Assembly (NCBI GenBank): GCA_023150775.1
Contig: JAKLKE010000002.1
Span: forward strand, 24,265 to 88,264
Source of the DNA: Myxococcota bacterium
GTDB lineage: Bacteria; Myxococcota_A; UBA796; CAJQPC01
Direction: 5' to 3'
DNA: 64,000 nucleotides
Shown: in pieces, positions 45,599 to 54,968 of the stretch
How the letters are laid out: each line of letters opens with the position of its first letter
Position numbering within the stretch: the first letter of the stretch is position 1
Notes under the pieces: model-generated
Database searches by the model: none
What the model was told of the DNA's origin: nothing
The model's input: only the letters and a program-made list of their open reading frames with translations
Position numbers and translations under genes: made by a program

Positions 45599-46657
45599 GT
45601 GAGCACAACACCCCACGATCATCTCTTTAAGCTCGTGTTCAGCGAGCCCTCCGAGCTCGCGCCGGTCCTGCGCGCGCTGCTTCCACCCTCTGTGGCGCTG
45701 CACCTCGACCTCGCCCAGCTCAGCCCCGCGCCGACGGAGCAGCTTGATGGTGATCTCCGAATGCGCGCTCCCGACCTGCTCTACCGCGCGCCTTGGCGCA
45801 GCGGCGACCGGGCCGAGGTCGTCTTCGTCATCGAGCACCAGTCGAGCCCCGACCCGCTCATGCCTCTGCGGGCCCTACGCACGACGGTGCGGGTGTGGGA
45901 GCAGGTCGAAGGGTCACGCCTGCCGATGGTCGTCACGCTGCTCTTCGCCCACGGCGCCAAACCTTGGACGGCGCCGACTCGTGTCTCCGAGCTCTACGAC
46001 GCCGCTCCCGACGCCGTCGCGGGCCTGGGCGGCGCCCTCCCCGAGCTGCGCTTGGTGCTGCAAGACCTCGCCATCACCCCCGATGAGGCCATGCCCGGCG
46101 AAGGTGGCGGCAAGCTCGCCTTGATCCTCTTGCGCCACGCCCACAAGGGCAACGTCTGGGATGCGCTTGAGGCGAACGTGCCCCTGTTCGCTGAGGCGGT
46201 CAAGCGTCTAGGTGACAGCCGCGCCGTGGGTCTGTTAACCTATGCCATGCACGTCAGCGACGTCCCTTGGGAGCGCCGACTCGCTGAGAAGATCCTGCCG
46301 CTCCTTAAACCACCACAGAGAGAGGTGATCGTGGGCTACGCAGACCGACGTTTTGAGGAAGGAGTCGCCGTAGGCGAGCAGCGGGGAGAGGCGCGAGGTG
46401 AGGCCCGCGGGGAGGCCCGAGGTGAGGCCCGCGGAGAGGCCCGCGGTGAGGCCCGCGGTGAGGCCCGCGGTCGCCTCCTGGAGCGCCGCGCCACCCTCCT
46501 CGACATGTTCCGGCGCCGCTTCAAATCCTTCACCTCGGCGCACGAGGCCGTCATCCTCAACGCCGACATGGATCAGCTTGAGCACCTGATGGACTGCTTC
46601 TTCACGATTCACCACCCCGACGAGCTCCTCAATGGCCAAGCCGATCAGGAGAGTTGA
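45599..46657 (+). CDS. Rpn/YhgA-like (PD-(D/E)xK) recombination-promoting nuclease / putative transposase family protein with internal GEAR repeat
   Basis: The N-terminus 'PHDHLFKLVFSEPSELAPVLRALLP', 'DLLYRAPW...VVFVIEHQSSPDPLMPLR' matches the family signature (HD..FK..F; (D/E)xQS). GTG start. The C-terminal module follows the 7x GEAR repeat. Confidence 0.8.
   Translation: MSTTPHDHLFKLVFSEPSELAPVLRALLPPSVALHLDLAQLSPAPTEQLDGDLRMRAPDLLYRAPWRSGDRAEVVFVIEHQSSPDPLMPLRALRTTVRVWEQVEGSRLPMVVTLLFAHGAKPWTAPTRVSELYDAAPDAVAGLGGALPELRLVLQDLAITPDEAMPGEGGGKLALILLRHAHKGNVWDALEANVPLFAEAVKRLGDSRAVGLLTYAMHVSDVPWERRLAEKILPLLKPPQREVIVGYADRRFEEGVAVGEQRGEARGEARGEARGEARGEARGEARGEARGRLLERRATLLDMFRRRFKSFTSAHEAVILNADMDQLEHLMDCFFTIHHPDELLNGQADQES
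46385..46468 (+). repeat. Seven tandem 12-bp units encoding (GEAR)x7
   Basis: gga gag gcg cga / ggt gag gcc cgc ... read in frame with the ORF. The copies differ only at synonymous third positions. Confidence 0.9.
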
Positions 46658-46905
46658 TCGTGGGCTACGCAGACCGACGTTTTGAGGAAGGAGTCGCCGT
46701 AGGCGAGCAGCGCGGTCGCCTCCTAGAGCGCCGCGAGAACACCCTCGGCATGTTCCGGCGTCGCTTCAAGTCCCTCACCCCCGCACACGAGGCCGTCATC
46801 CTCAACGCAGATTTCCATCAGCTCGATCGTCTGATGGACGACGTCTTCACCATGACCCACCCCGACGAGCTCCTCACCGGCCAAGCTGACCTCAGCGCAG
46901 GCTGA
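46654..46905 (+). CDS. Stand-alone duplicate of the Rpn C-terminal module (83 aa); possibly a gene fragment or exchange cassette
   Basis: 'IVGYADRRFEEGVAVGEQRG-RLLERR...MFRRRFKS.T.AHEAVILNAD...L..LMD..FT..HPDELL.GQAD' is colinear with residues about 243-352 of the upstream protein, minus the GEAR repeat. 64-bp near-identical junctions lie at 46320-46383 and 46649-46712. The TTG start overlaps the upstream stop. Confidence 0.45.
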   Translation: MIVGYADRRFEEGVAVGEQRGRLLERRENTLGMFRRRFKSLTPAHEAVILNADFHQLDRLMDDVFTMTHPDELLTGQADLSAG

Positions 46906-46957
46906 CAGCGCGCCACAACAGGATAAGCCGCCCGGGTGACCGGCTGGTCACGCCGAG

Positions 46958-48328
46958 GTGAGCATGACGACGCCCCCGCACCGCGCCGGTCTGACTGAAG
47001 GGCCCGTCGCGCGGCAGCTTCTGGGGCTCGCCGCCCCGATGGTCGCTGGGGTGCTCTCGGTCATCCTGCTCGCGGCCATCGACACCTACTTCGTGGGCAA
47101 GCTCGGCGCCGACGCCTTGGCGGCGATCAGCTTCACCTTCCCCGTCGTCGCGCTCATCGCCAACCTCACCATCGGCTTGAGCATCGGCGCCACGGCCGCC
47201 ATCGCCCGGGCCATCGGCACCGGCCGCGAGAGTGAGGTCAAGCGCCTCACCACCGACGCGCTCTTGCTCGCCGGGCTCATCGTCATGTTCGCCTCGGTGA
47301 TCGGCTACCTCACCATCGACCCGGTCTTCACGGCCATGGGCGCCGACGCCACCACCCTGCCGATGATCCGGGAGTACATGGGCCCCTGGTACCTGAGCAT
47401 CGTGCTGCTCGTGGTGCCGATGATGGGCAACGCCGCGCTGCGGGCCTCGGGCGACTCGATGACCCAGGCCCGCACGATGATCATCTCGGCGATCCTCAAC
47501 GGCATTCTGGATCCCATCCTCATCTTCGGCTGGGGGCCCATTGAGGGCATGGGCGTGACCGGCGCCGCCGTGGCGAGCATCATCGCCCGCGGGGTCGCCG
47601 CCGCGCTCACGCTGTGGGTGCTCATCCGGGGCGCCGATCTGGTGAGCTTTGAGCGGGTGCCCTTCGCCGAGGTAAAGGCCTCTTGGCGGCAGATCCTCAA
47701 GGTGGGCGCCCCCGCCGCCGCCACCAACATCGTGCCGTCGGTCGCCAGCGCCATGCTCACCCGGCTGGTGAGCGGCTTCGGCCACGTCGCCGTCGCGGCC
47801 TTCGGCGCGGGCTCACGCATCGAGCAGATGGCGCTCATCTTGCCCCTCGCCCTCACCTCAGCCCTCGGCCCCTTCGTCGGTCAGAACTGGGGCGCGGGCC
47901 ACAACCAGCGCGCTCGGGACGCCATCGTGCTCAGCGAGCGCCTGAGCTTCGGCTGGGGCCTCGTCGTGTGGAGCCTGCTCGCGCTGACGGCGGGCCCCAT
48001 CGCCCGACGTTTCGCCGGAGAGCCTGACGTGGTCGCGCCGCTCCAGAGCTACCTCGTGCTGGCCACCTTCGGCCTCGCCTTTCAGGGCATCACCTTCTCC
48101 ACCAGCGCCTCGTTCAACTCCATCGCCCAGCCCCTCAAGAGCACGTCCTTGGCGCTCTTACGCACCACCGTGCTCGCCTTGCCGCTGGCCTGGCTCGGCG
48201 CCCAGTGGAACGGGCTTGAGGGCCTGTTTGTCGGCGTCGCGGCGGCGAACATCCTCACCGGCCTCGCCGCGTTCTGGATGGCCCGGCCCCTTCGTGCGGG
48301 CATCTTGCCCGACCCCGGCGCGCGCTGA
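46958..48328 (+). CDS. MATE family efflux transporter
   Basis: 456 aa with about 12 TM segments. 'LLGLAAPMVAGVLSVILLAAIDTYFVGKLGADALAAISFTFPV' is typical of the MATE N-terminus. Confidence 0.88.
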   Translation: MSMTTPPHRAGLTEGPVARQLLGLAAPMVAGVLSVILLAAIDTYFVGKLGADALAAISFTFPVVALIANLTIGLSIGATAAIARAIGTGRESEVKRLTTDALLLAGLIVMFASVIGYLTIDPVFTAMGADATTLPMIREYMGPWYLSIVLLVVPMMGNAALRASGDSMTQARTMIISAILNGILDPILIFGWGPIEGMGVTGAAVASIIARGVAAALTLWVLIRGADLVSFERVPFAEVKASWRQILKVGAPAAATNIVPSVASAMLTRLVSGFGHVAVAAFGAGSRIEQMALILPLALTSALGPFVGQNWGAGHNQRARDAIVLSERLSFGWGLVVWSLLALTAGPIARRFAGEPDVVAPLQSYLVLATFGLAFQGITFSTSASFNSIAQPLKSTSLALLRTTVLALPLAWLGAQWNGLEGLFVGVAAANILTGLAAFWMARPLRAGILPDPGAR

Positions 48329-48413
48329 GCGAACGGACCACTTGCGGCCACGACGCATCTCGCGTACCGTAAGGGCCTAAGATTCCAGCGCCCTCTGAGT
48401 CAGCGAGGCCAAG

Positions 48414-49310
48414 ATGCGCCCCCTGCTCCTGCTCGTCTTGGCCCCCATCGGCGCCTGCGTCGAGTATGACCTCAATTTCAACACCAAAGGCTCCGGCAGC
48501 CTGGAGGACACTGGCGCCAGCGGCGGCGGGGACGGGCCTTCAGTCACCGACACCGAGCTTGGCGCGGAGCCGATCATCGGCGACTGCGCCTGCCCAGACG
48601 GCTTCAGCGCCACCCCCGACGGCGACTCCTGCACCCGCCGGGTGAGCGTGCCCGCCACCTGGAACGGCGCGGCGCTGGAGGTCTGCCGAGGCGCCGTAGA
48701 CGCCGTGTATGGCAAGTTCGGCGCGCTCTACCCCGACGGCACGAACGTGCAGGACAACTACTGGGGCGACCTGGACGAGGAGGCCGACGGGCGGCTGAAC
48801 GAGGTCGGCGTGTGGAGCTGCGGCGGGGCCTCGGTGAACTACGAGCCCAACGACGAGTGGATCGGCTTCGCCACCTGCGTCGAGCTGCCCGCCGCCGGGG
48901 ACTACCTCTTGGGCATCGCCGGGGACAACAACGTCCAGATGCGGGTGGACGGCGTGACGCTCTACAGCGACACCCGCGGCGACACCTTGCCGTTCAACTA
49001 CTGGAATCTGCGCGCGGTGAGCCTCAGCTCGGGCCGCCACCACGTCGAGCTGGAGGGGCTCAACCAAGGCTCCATCGCCAGCTTCGGCGCCGAGCTCGCC
49101 GGGCCGTTCACCGCGGGCAGCCTCAGCGATGACGCCACGATGATCGCCGCCGACTACGACGGCCGCCGCGTGTTCAGCTCCCTCGACCGCGAGGGCGGCA
49201 CCTTTGAGCTCGGCGTCACCACCGGCTGGTCTTGCCCCGATGGCGCCGCGCTCAACGTCTGCGACGAGGAGCCCGAGTGCACGACGACGGAGCGTGTGGA
49301 GTGCCAGTGA
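48414..49310 (+). CDS. Secreted lipoprotein, unknown function (possible PA14-like beta-sandwich region)
   Basis: Lipobox 'LAPIGACVEY'. Cys-rich. 'GDYLLGIAGDNNVQMRVDGVTLY' loosely resembles PA14-type strands; this is weak evidence. Confidence 0.65.
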   Translation: MRPLLLLVLAPIGACVEYDLNFNTKGSGSLEDTGASGGGDGPSVTDTELGAEPIIGDCACPDGFSATPDGDSCTRRVSVPATWNGAALEVCRGAVDAVYGKFGALYPDGTNVQDNYWGDLDEEADGRLNEVGVWSCGGASVNYEPNDEWIGFATCVELPAAGDYLLGIAGDNNVQMRVDGVTLYSDTRGDTLPFNYWNLRAVSLSSGRHHVELEGLNQGSIASFGAELAGPFTAGSLSDDATMIAADYDGRRVFSSLDREGGTFELGVTTGWSCPDGAALNVCDEEPECTTTERVECQ

Positions 49311-49365
49311 GCCCCGCGTCAGCGTTTTAGGCGCGGCGTCAGGGTTTGAGCCGCGGCGTCAGGGA

Positions 49366-49884
49366 TCAGCCCCAGGGCAAGACCGGCGCGCGCCCGGCGA
49401 CCTTGGCCTCGTGGTCGAGGAGCCACCGCTTTCGCGCCACCCCGCCGGCGTAGCCCGTGAGCGCCCCGCGCTGGCCGATGACCCGGTGGCACGGGATGAT
49501 GAGCCCGATGGGGTTTCGGCCGTTCGCGAGGCCGACGGCGCGGGTGGCGAGCGGGTCGCCGAGCAGCCGGGAGAGCGCGCCGTAGGTGATCGTCTCGGCG
49601 TAGGGGATCTCTTGCAGGGCCGCCCACACCCGGCGCTGAAACTCCGTGCCTTGGGGCGCCAGCGGCAGCTCAAAGACCTGCCGAGTCCCGGCGAAGTAGG
49701 CGTCGAGCTGGGCGACGGCGGCGGCCAGAACAGGGTGCTCCGGGCGATCTTCAGCGCCCGGGGGCGGCTCGGCGGGGGGGTCCATGATCAAGGCGGCGAG
49801 GGCGTCGCCCCGGGCGATGAGGCGCAGGGGCCCCAGGGGGCTGGGGGTGGTCGTCCAGGTGAGCTGGGTTTGGGGCACGTTCAC
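49366..49884 (-). CDS. ogt: Methylated-DNA--protein-cysteine methyltransferase
   Basis: 'IPCHRVIG' active site, '[26 protein letters not shown]'. Confidence 0.92.
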   Translation of the reverse strand: MNVPQTQLTWTTTPSPLGPLRLIARGDALAALIMDPPAEPPPGAEDRPEHPVLAAAVAQLDAYFAGTRQVFELPLAPQGTEFQRRVWAALQEIPYAETITYGALSRLLGDPLATRAVGLANGRNPIGLIIPCHRVIGQRGALTGYAGGVARKRWLLDHEAKVAGRAPVLPWG

Positions 49885-49969
49885 GGTTCGGGGTTCTCCG
49901 AGCGGCCGGAGAGGTTAACGCAACTCCTCGGCCCTCGTGGAATCATTGAGGCGCCGCACAGGATGCCCC

Positions 49970-51157
49970 ATGCTCGTCCAGCAGCTCATGTTCCTCACCG
50001 TCGCGATGAGCCTCTGGGCGGGGATGCACGTCTACGTGTTCCGACGTTTGGTCGCCGGGTTTGAGCCCGCCTCCCCCTGGCGCCGCCGGGTGAAGTGGCT
50101 GTTGGGGCTCTCCTGGGCGGTCGCGCCCTTGACCTTCACCCAGCTCCGCAGCTCCGGCGCGCCGCTCCCCGATCTCATCCAGGCCATCGGGTACCCGTTG
50201 TTGGGCATCTTCTCCTTGGTCATCGGGCTGATGCTGTTTAAGGACCTCGCCTGGCTGGTGTTGCTGGGCGTCGACAAGCTCGTCGCCCGGGCGAGCGGCG
50301 GCGATGTGCTGCCCAAAGACCCGGAGCGCCGCCGACTCTTCGAGCGCACGCTCAACGGCGCCGTGCTCACCGCCGCCGGGGCCCTGGGCGCCGTCGGGCT
50401 CAGCCAGGCCCGCCAGGCCGCCGAGGTGATCCGGGTGACGCTCGCGATCCCTGAGCTGCCCGAGGCGCTCATCGGCCTACGCATCGCCCAGGTGAGCGAC
50501 ATCCACGTCGGCCCGACGATCCGCAAAGAGCGCACGGCCGAGATCGCCCAGGCCGTGAACGCCCTCTCCCCCGACCTCATCGCCGTGACCGGCGACCTCG
50601 TGGACGGCGTCGTGACCGGCATCGGCGAGCACGTCGCCCCCTTGGGCGAGATGAAGGCGCCGCTGGGCGTGTTCTTCGTCACCGGCAACCACGAGTACTA
50701 CTCCGGCGTCGATGAGTGGCTCGATTTTGTGCGCAGCTTGGGCTGGCGCACGCTCACGAACGAGCACGTCACGCTCACCAAAGACGGCGCGACCCTCGTG
50801 GTCGCGGGCACCCCCGACCGCTCCTCGTCTCGGCTCAAGCCCGAGCACGTCGAAGATCTAGACGCCGCCCTGGCCGGGGCGCCCGAGGCCGCGGTGCGGA
50901 TCCTGCTCGCCCACCAGCCGCGCACCGCCTACAAAGCCGTCGAGCGCGGCTTCGACCTCATGCTCAGCGGCCACACCCACGGCGGGCAATACTTCCCTTA
51001 CACCCTGCTCATCCACCTCGCCCAGCCGTTCAGCGCCGGGGCCCACCTCGTCGAGGGCATGTGGCTCTACGTGAACCGGGGCACGACCTACTGGGGCCCG
51101 CCGATTCGCCTGGGCTCTCCACAAGAGATCACGCTCATTGAGCTAGCCCGGGCCTGA
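49970..51157 (+). CDS. Membrane-anchored metallophosphoesterase (YkuE/YaeI-like)
   Basis: N-terminal TM helices, then 'IAQVSDIHVG', 'TGDLVDG', 'TGNHEYY' and 'SGHTHGGQ'. I prefer ATG 49970 over the track's GTG 49937. Confidence 0.88.
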   Translation: MLVQQLMFLTVAMSLWAGMHVYVFRRLVAGFEPASPWRRRVKWLLGLSWAVAPLTFTQLRSSGAPLPDLIQAIGYPLLGIFSLVIGLMLFKDLAWLVLLGVDKLVARASGGDVLPKDPERRRLFERTLNGAVLTAAGALGAVGLSQARQAAEVIRVTLAIPELPEALIGLRIAQVSDIHVGPTIRKERTAEIAQAVNALSPDLIAVTGDLVDGVVTGIGEHVAPLGEMKAPLGVFFVTGNHEYYSGVDEWLDFVRSLGWRTLTNEHVTLTKDGATLVVAGTPDRSSSRLKPEHVEDLDAALAGAPEAAVRILLAHQPRTAYKAVERGFDLMLSGHTHGGQYFPYTLLIHLAQPFSAGAHLVEGMWLYVNRGTTYWGPPIRLGSPQEITLIELARA

Positions 51158-51190
51158 GCCCCACACGCCGCGCTTGGGTTAAGGGGGCGC

Positions 51191-52879
51191 GTGTCCCGCC
51201 GCCTCCACGTCTCCTTCGCCGTCGTCCTGCTCGCCATGATCGGCGCGGGCGCGGGTTTATGGATCGCCCAGCCCCAGGCGCGTGAGCTGCTCATGGCCCG
51301 GCGGCCCGGCGCGGCGGAGGCGCTGACGACGACCCTCGCCAGCTCGCCCTGTGACGCGGCGCTGTTACCCGAGGCCGAGGCCCTGCTCGCCGCCTTGGTC
51401 CAAGACAAGGATGACGTCGGCTGCGCCGGGGAGGCCCGCTTTGGCCGCCTCATCGCCGAGCACCCCGACCCCCGCTGGACCGGCTGGCTCACCCGCCTGC
51501 TGACCCAACGCCAAGGCCCGGCGCGGCTGCGGCTGCGGGCCTGCCTCGCGCTCATCTTGCGTGAGGGCACCTTGCCCGAGGTCGTGCGCCGTGAGCTGCG
51601 CGCCGGGGCCTTCGGGCCGGTGCAGATCGGCGCCTTGGTGGACGCCCTGGCCGAGGAGGTCGGCCCCGCCATCGCTGAAGAGCTGCTGAACGAGGGCGGC
51701 GCGCCCCGCTTTGACGCCGGAGACGGCGCGGCGCTGCGGCGTTTCGCCGGGGGCGACTGGAGCGCACGATATGCCGTCGCCCGGGCCCTGCGCCGCGAGC
51801 TCGCCCACCCCACCCTGCGCCCCGAGCCCGACCTCCCCGGCCTCTCCAGCCGCCGGGCGACGATCACCTCGGGCGTGCTGGAGGGCCTCGGCGTGAGCCA
51901 CAGCCTCCTGGAGGCCGCGCTCAACCGCTTAGACGCCGGGCTGAACGACAGCACCATCCCCGACGACCTCATCCGCCGGGTGCGCCGCCACCGCGAGACC
52001 TGCGCCGATCCCCGCTCAGACGGCTGCGCGGCGCTGCTCCTGAGCGTGCTGGAGGCCCCGCCGATGCGTGTGGACGAGCGTGAGCAGCTCACGCCGATGC
52101 CCGAGCGCAGCGCGCCGCCCCTGCCGAGCCCCTGGCAGAGCCTCGTGGAATCCCTCTCCGTCGATCCCGACCTGGTCGCAGAAGCCGCGGAGTGGTTACG
52201 CGCCGGAGAGTCCCGTCCTGGGCGCATCTTGGGCGCGGTCGCCAACCCCCGGCACGGCTACGGCCACGGCCCCTGGGCGGCGGGCCAGCGGGGAGATCCG
52301 GCCGTGGCCCTACGATACGGCGGCGCCACCCCCGGCGCCGTCGGCGTGGCGGCCTTCGCCCTGGCCGCGGCGGCGGACGCGCCCTTGACCGCGACCCGCT
52401 GGCGTGAGGTGCTCGTGCTCCGCTCCGGCGATCAGCGCGCCCTGATCGGCCCCTGCGGCCCCGGCGACGCCCCACCCGCTGAAGAGCTCCTGCCGACGGA
52501 GGAGACCCCGCTCTCCGCCGCCGACCTCGTGGACCTCGCGCGAATGGAGCAGCTCGGCTGGGCGATGGAGCGCGGCGCCCTCGACGAGGCCCTGGCCCTA
52601 GACGACACCCTGCAGGCCCCCGAACATTGGCCCCGCTACGCCACCCTGCGCGCCAGCCTGCTCGCCTGCCAAGGTGTCGCCGTGCGCGGCCTGCCCGTCG
52701 AGGACCTCGCCTTCGTCACCGCCTGGGCCGTCCACTGCGACGAGCGCCCCACCGCCGAGGCCCTCGCCGCCCACCACTCAAGCCCCACCACCGTCGAGGC
52801 CCTGGTGGCCTTGACCGCCCCGCGCGACACCCTGCGGCCCCGCTGCGCCGATCCGTGGCGGGTGCGGCCGCCGGGGTGA
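51191..52879 (+). CDS. Membrane-anchored hypothetical protein (562 aa)
   Basis: GTG start. N-terminal TM 'VSFAVVLLAMIGAGAGLWIA'. Leu/Ala/Glu/Asp-rich helical body. The antisense 385-aa ORF is Ser/Arg/Ala-rich and is rejected. Confidence 0.65.
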   Translation: MSRRLHVSFAVVLLAMIGAGAGLWIAQPQARELLMARRPGAAEALTTTLASSPCDAALLPEAEALLAALVQDKDDVGCAGEARFGRLIAEHPDPRWTGWLTRLLTQRQGPARLRLRACLALILREGTLPEVVRRELRAGAFGPVQIGALVDALAEEVGPAIAEELLNEGGAPRFDAGDGAALRRFAGGDWSARYAVARALRRELAHPTLRPEPDLPGLSSRRATITSGVLEGLGVSHSLLEAALNRLDAGLNDSTIPDDLIRRVRRHRETCADPRSDGCAALLLSVLEAPPMRVDEREQLTPMPERSAPPLPSPWQSLVESLSVDPDLVAEAAEWLRAGESRPGRILGAVANPRHGYGHGPWAAGQRGDPAVALRYGGATPGAVGVAAFALAAAADAPLTATRWREVLVLRSGDQRALIGPCGPGDAPPAEELLPTEETPLSAADLVDLARMEQLGWAMERGALDEALALDDTLQAPEHWPRYATLRASLLACQGVAVRGLPVEDLAFVTAWAVHCDERPTAEALAAHHSSPTTVEALVALTAPRDTLRPRCADPWRVRPPG

Positions 52880-52882
52880 GGG

Positions 52883-53380
52883 TCAGGGGCCCTGCGTCAG
52901 CGCGCGGACGTGGCGGAGCGAGACGAAGTGCATCTGGAGCCCTGTCTCGTCAGGCGCCTCGATGGGGACAAACCCAAAGCGCCGATAAAAGCCCACGGAG
53001 CCCGGCTTCGCGTCGGCGGTGACCCCGACACAGCCATCCAGCTCGACCTTCTGAAGGGCCAAGCCGAAGGCCTCACGCAAGAGCCGCGCTCCGAGCCCAC
53101 GCCCCGCGTCGTCTTGATGAACGCCCATTCTGGCGATGAGTAAGGTTGGCAGGGGATACCGAGGCAGGCCCCGTCGGAGCGGCTCGGGGAGCGTCAGCGA
53201 ACGCCCAGAGACCGTCAGGAAGGCGCAGATTCGAGGGCCCTCGACGAGCACCCAGGTCACGCCGAGCTGATGTTTGAACTGGTTCTGCTTCGCGAAACGC
53301 CGCAGAAACTCGTCCAGCGCGGGCTCCCCGCAGCAGAACAAGCTCGTGTCATCGTCTCGGCTGAGCCGGCGAAACTCCAA
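52883..53380 (-). CDS. GNAT family acetyltransferase, TacT/KacT-type toxin-like
   Basis: Colinear with my recollection of Salmonella TacT: 'FCCGEPALDEFLRRFAKQNQ' (versus [20 protein letters not shown]), 'GLPRYPLPTLLIARMGV' (versus GLGRYDVPVFRLGRLAV), 'GRGLGARLL' (versus GQGLGAQLL), 'DAKPGSVGFYRRFGFVPI' (versus DAKNKQVCDWYKGFGAVPL). Confidence 0.8.
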   Translation of the reverse strand: MEFRRLSRDDDTSLFCCGEPALDEFLRRFAKQNQFKHQLGVTWVLVEGPRICAFLTVSGRSLTLPEPLRRGLPRYPLPTLLIARMGVHQDDAGRGLGARLLREAFGLALQKVELDGCVGVTADAKPGSVGFYRRFGFVPIEAPDETGLQMHFVSLRHVRALTQGP

Positions 53381-53384
53381 ACGC

Positions 53385-54218
53385 TCAGCCCCGGAGCAGG
53401 TCTTTGAGGCCGTCCGGGGCCGGGGAGTCGCCAGAGATCAGCTCGGTGAGGGCGGAGGCGTAGGGTTCCTCCACCTCAAGCTCATCGTCCAGCACGAAGA
53501 GGCCGCGCGCCTCCTCTTCAGCCTGGAGCTGGGCGAGATCGAGGCGCTCCTCACGGGGCAGAAGCTCTTCGGGCACATCAAGAACCATTCCGAGCAGGCG
53601 AAGCTGGGCGAGGGCGCCTTTGTGCACGTGCTCCAAGAGCGCGAGGCGCTGCCAAGGCGCGAGGGGCCAACGCTGCGGCTCGCCCCAGGCCACGACGCGG
53701 GCGAGGATGGCCACGAGGCCCGTACAGCTCTCACGCACGGCGTCGCGCAGGGCCTCCGGGGTGCAAAAATCTCCGAGGATCTCGTTGAGATCGGGCAAGG
53801 ATGGGGGTGGCGTCGCCTCAACCCCCAGCTCTGCCGCGTTCGCCATGAGGACCGCGTGTGACCCTGCCCAGAGCCGCCCACACTCTCGCGCGAGCGGGCT
53901 CGGGCCGAAGATCTCCACGAAGACGTCGGGGAGCTGCTCGAACGACTCCCGATGGGCGCGAGGGCGAACCTTGATCATCTCGCCGAGCAGCCCTGAGCGC
54001 GCCAGCCGCCCAAGCTCCTGGTCAAGCTCCGCTCGATCCGCCGCGGCCATCAGCGGCACAAGCACATGGCGCCCTAGCTCCAACACCCGCTCGGCCTGGG
54101 GGCTCATCGGCGCCGGAGCGTTTATGGCGCGTTTGACCCGCTCGACCTGGGCCAACACCACGTCCCAGAGCGTTAGGCTCTGCGGCGCGAACAGCTCGTC
54201 GAGGGTGGTCGTGCTCAT
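53385..54218 (-). CDS. Hypothetical protein (277 aa) immediately upstream of the GNAT toxin-like gene
   Basis: The stop lies 4 nt before the GNAT start. Balanced acidic/helical composition. No ribbon-helix-helix/DUF1778-like N-terminus is visible. The plus-strand overlapping ORFs are Arg/Ser/Ala-rich. Confidence 0.65.
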   Translation of the reverse strand: MSTTTLDELFAPQSLTLWDVVLAQVERVKRAINAPAPMSPQAERVLELGRHVLVPLMAAADRAELDQELGRLARSGLLGEMIKVRPRAHRESFEQLPDVFVEIFGPSPLARECGRLWAGSHAVLMANAAELGVEATPPPSLPDLNEILGDFCTPEALRDAVRESCTGLVAILARVVAWGEPQRWPLAPWQRLALLEHVHKGALAQLRLLGMVLDVPEELLPREERLDLAQLQAEEEARGLFVLDDELEVEEPYASALTELISGDSPAPDGLKDLLRG

Positions 54219-54248
54219 CTCGGCTCCTCAGCCCATTCTAACACCGCC

Positions 54249-54968
54249 TCAAACCAACGACATCCCGCCGTCCGCCACGATGACCTGGCCGGTGATCCAC
54301 GCGGCCTGGGGCATCAGCAGGAGCTCCACCACCGCCGCGAGGTCGTCCGCCGTGCCCAGGCGGCCAAAGGGCGTGATCGCCTGGGCCGTCTCAATGATGC
54401 GGGCCTTGTCGGGGAAGTAGTTGAGGGCGTCGGTGTCTACCAAGCCGCCGCAGACGGTGTTCACGCGGATCTTCTTGGGGGCCAGCTCCACGGCGAGCTG
54501 CCGCGTGAGCGCCTCCATGGCCGCCTTCGCCGCGCCCATCGCCGCGTAGCCGGGCACATAGCTGCGGCTGCCCAAGGACGAGAGGCCGATCACCGAGGCG
54601 CCGGGCGTGAGGCGATCGGCGCAGAGCTTCGTGAGCAGCCAGAACGGCCGCACCGAGGACTCCATCGTGAGATCCCACTGGTTGGTGCGGATCTTGTCGT
54701 AGGGCTTGAGCACGCCGATGGCGGCGTTGTGGATGAGCGCGTCGAGGCTGGGCAAGGCCGCGGCGAGACGCTCTAAGTCTTTGGGATCCCGCACGTCGCC
54801 CTGAATCACGAGGGCCTCGGCGCCCTTGGCCTCGACCTCGCGGGCGACCTCTTGGGCGGCCTCCTCGCTGCGCACGTAGTTCACGATGACCCGGCCGCCG
54901 GGTCGAGCGAGGCGGCTGGCGATGGCGCGGCCGACGCCCCGCGAGGCCCCGGTGATGAGCACGTTCAT
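54249..54968 (-). CDS. SDR family oxidoreductase (FabL/FabG-like)
   Basis: 'MNVLITGASRGVGRAIASRL', 'NAAIG', 'YAAMGAAKAAMEALTRQLAVELA'. Start reassigned to ATG 54968 (ATGA overlap with the murJ stop). The track's 411-aa form overlaps murJ. Confidence 0.88.
   Translation of the reverse strand: MNVLITGASRGVGRAIASRLARPGGRVIVNYVRSEEAAQEVAREVEAKGAEALVIQGDVRDPKDLERLAAALPSLDALIHNAAIGVLKPYDKIRTNQWDLTMESSVRPFWLLTKLCADRLTPGASVIGLSSLGSRSYVPGYAAMGAAKAAMEALTRQLAVELAPKKIRVNTVCGGLVDTDALNYFPDKARIIETAQAITPFGRLGTADDLAAVVELLLMPQAAWITGQVIVADGGMSLV

Noticed and set aside
46385-46468. Short tandem repeat array considered as a possible CRISPR or minisatellite locus
   Set aside because: The units are 12 bp, contiguous with no spacers, in frame and coding (GEAR)x7. 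This is an intragenic coding repeat, not a CRISPR array.
51088-52245. 385-aa minus-strand ORF overlapping the 562-aa hypothetical gene
   Set aside because: Ser/Arg/Ala/Pro-rich composition. The plus-strand protein has an N-terminal TM segment and balanced helical composition.
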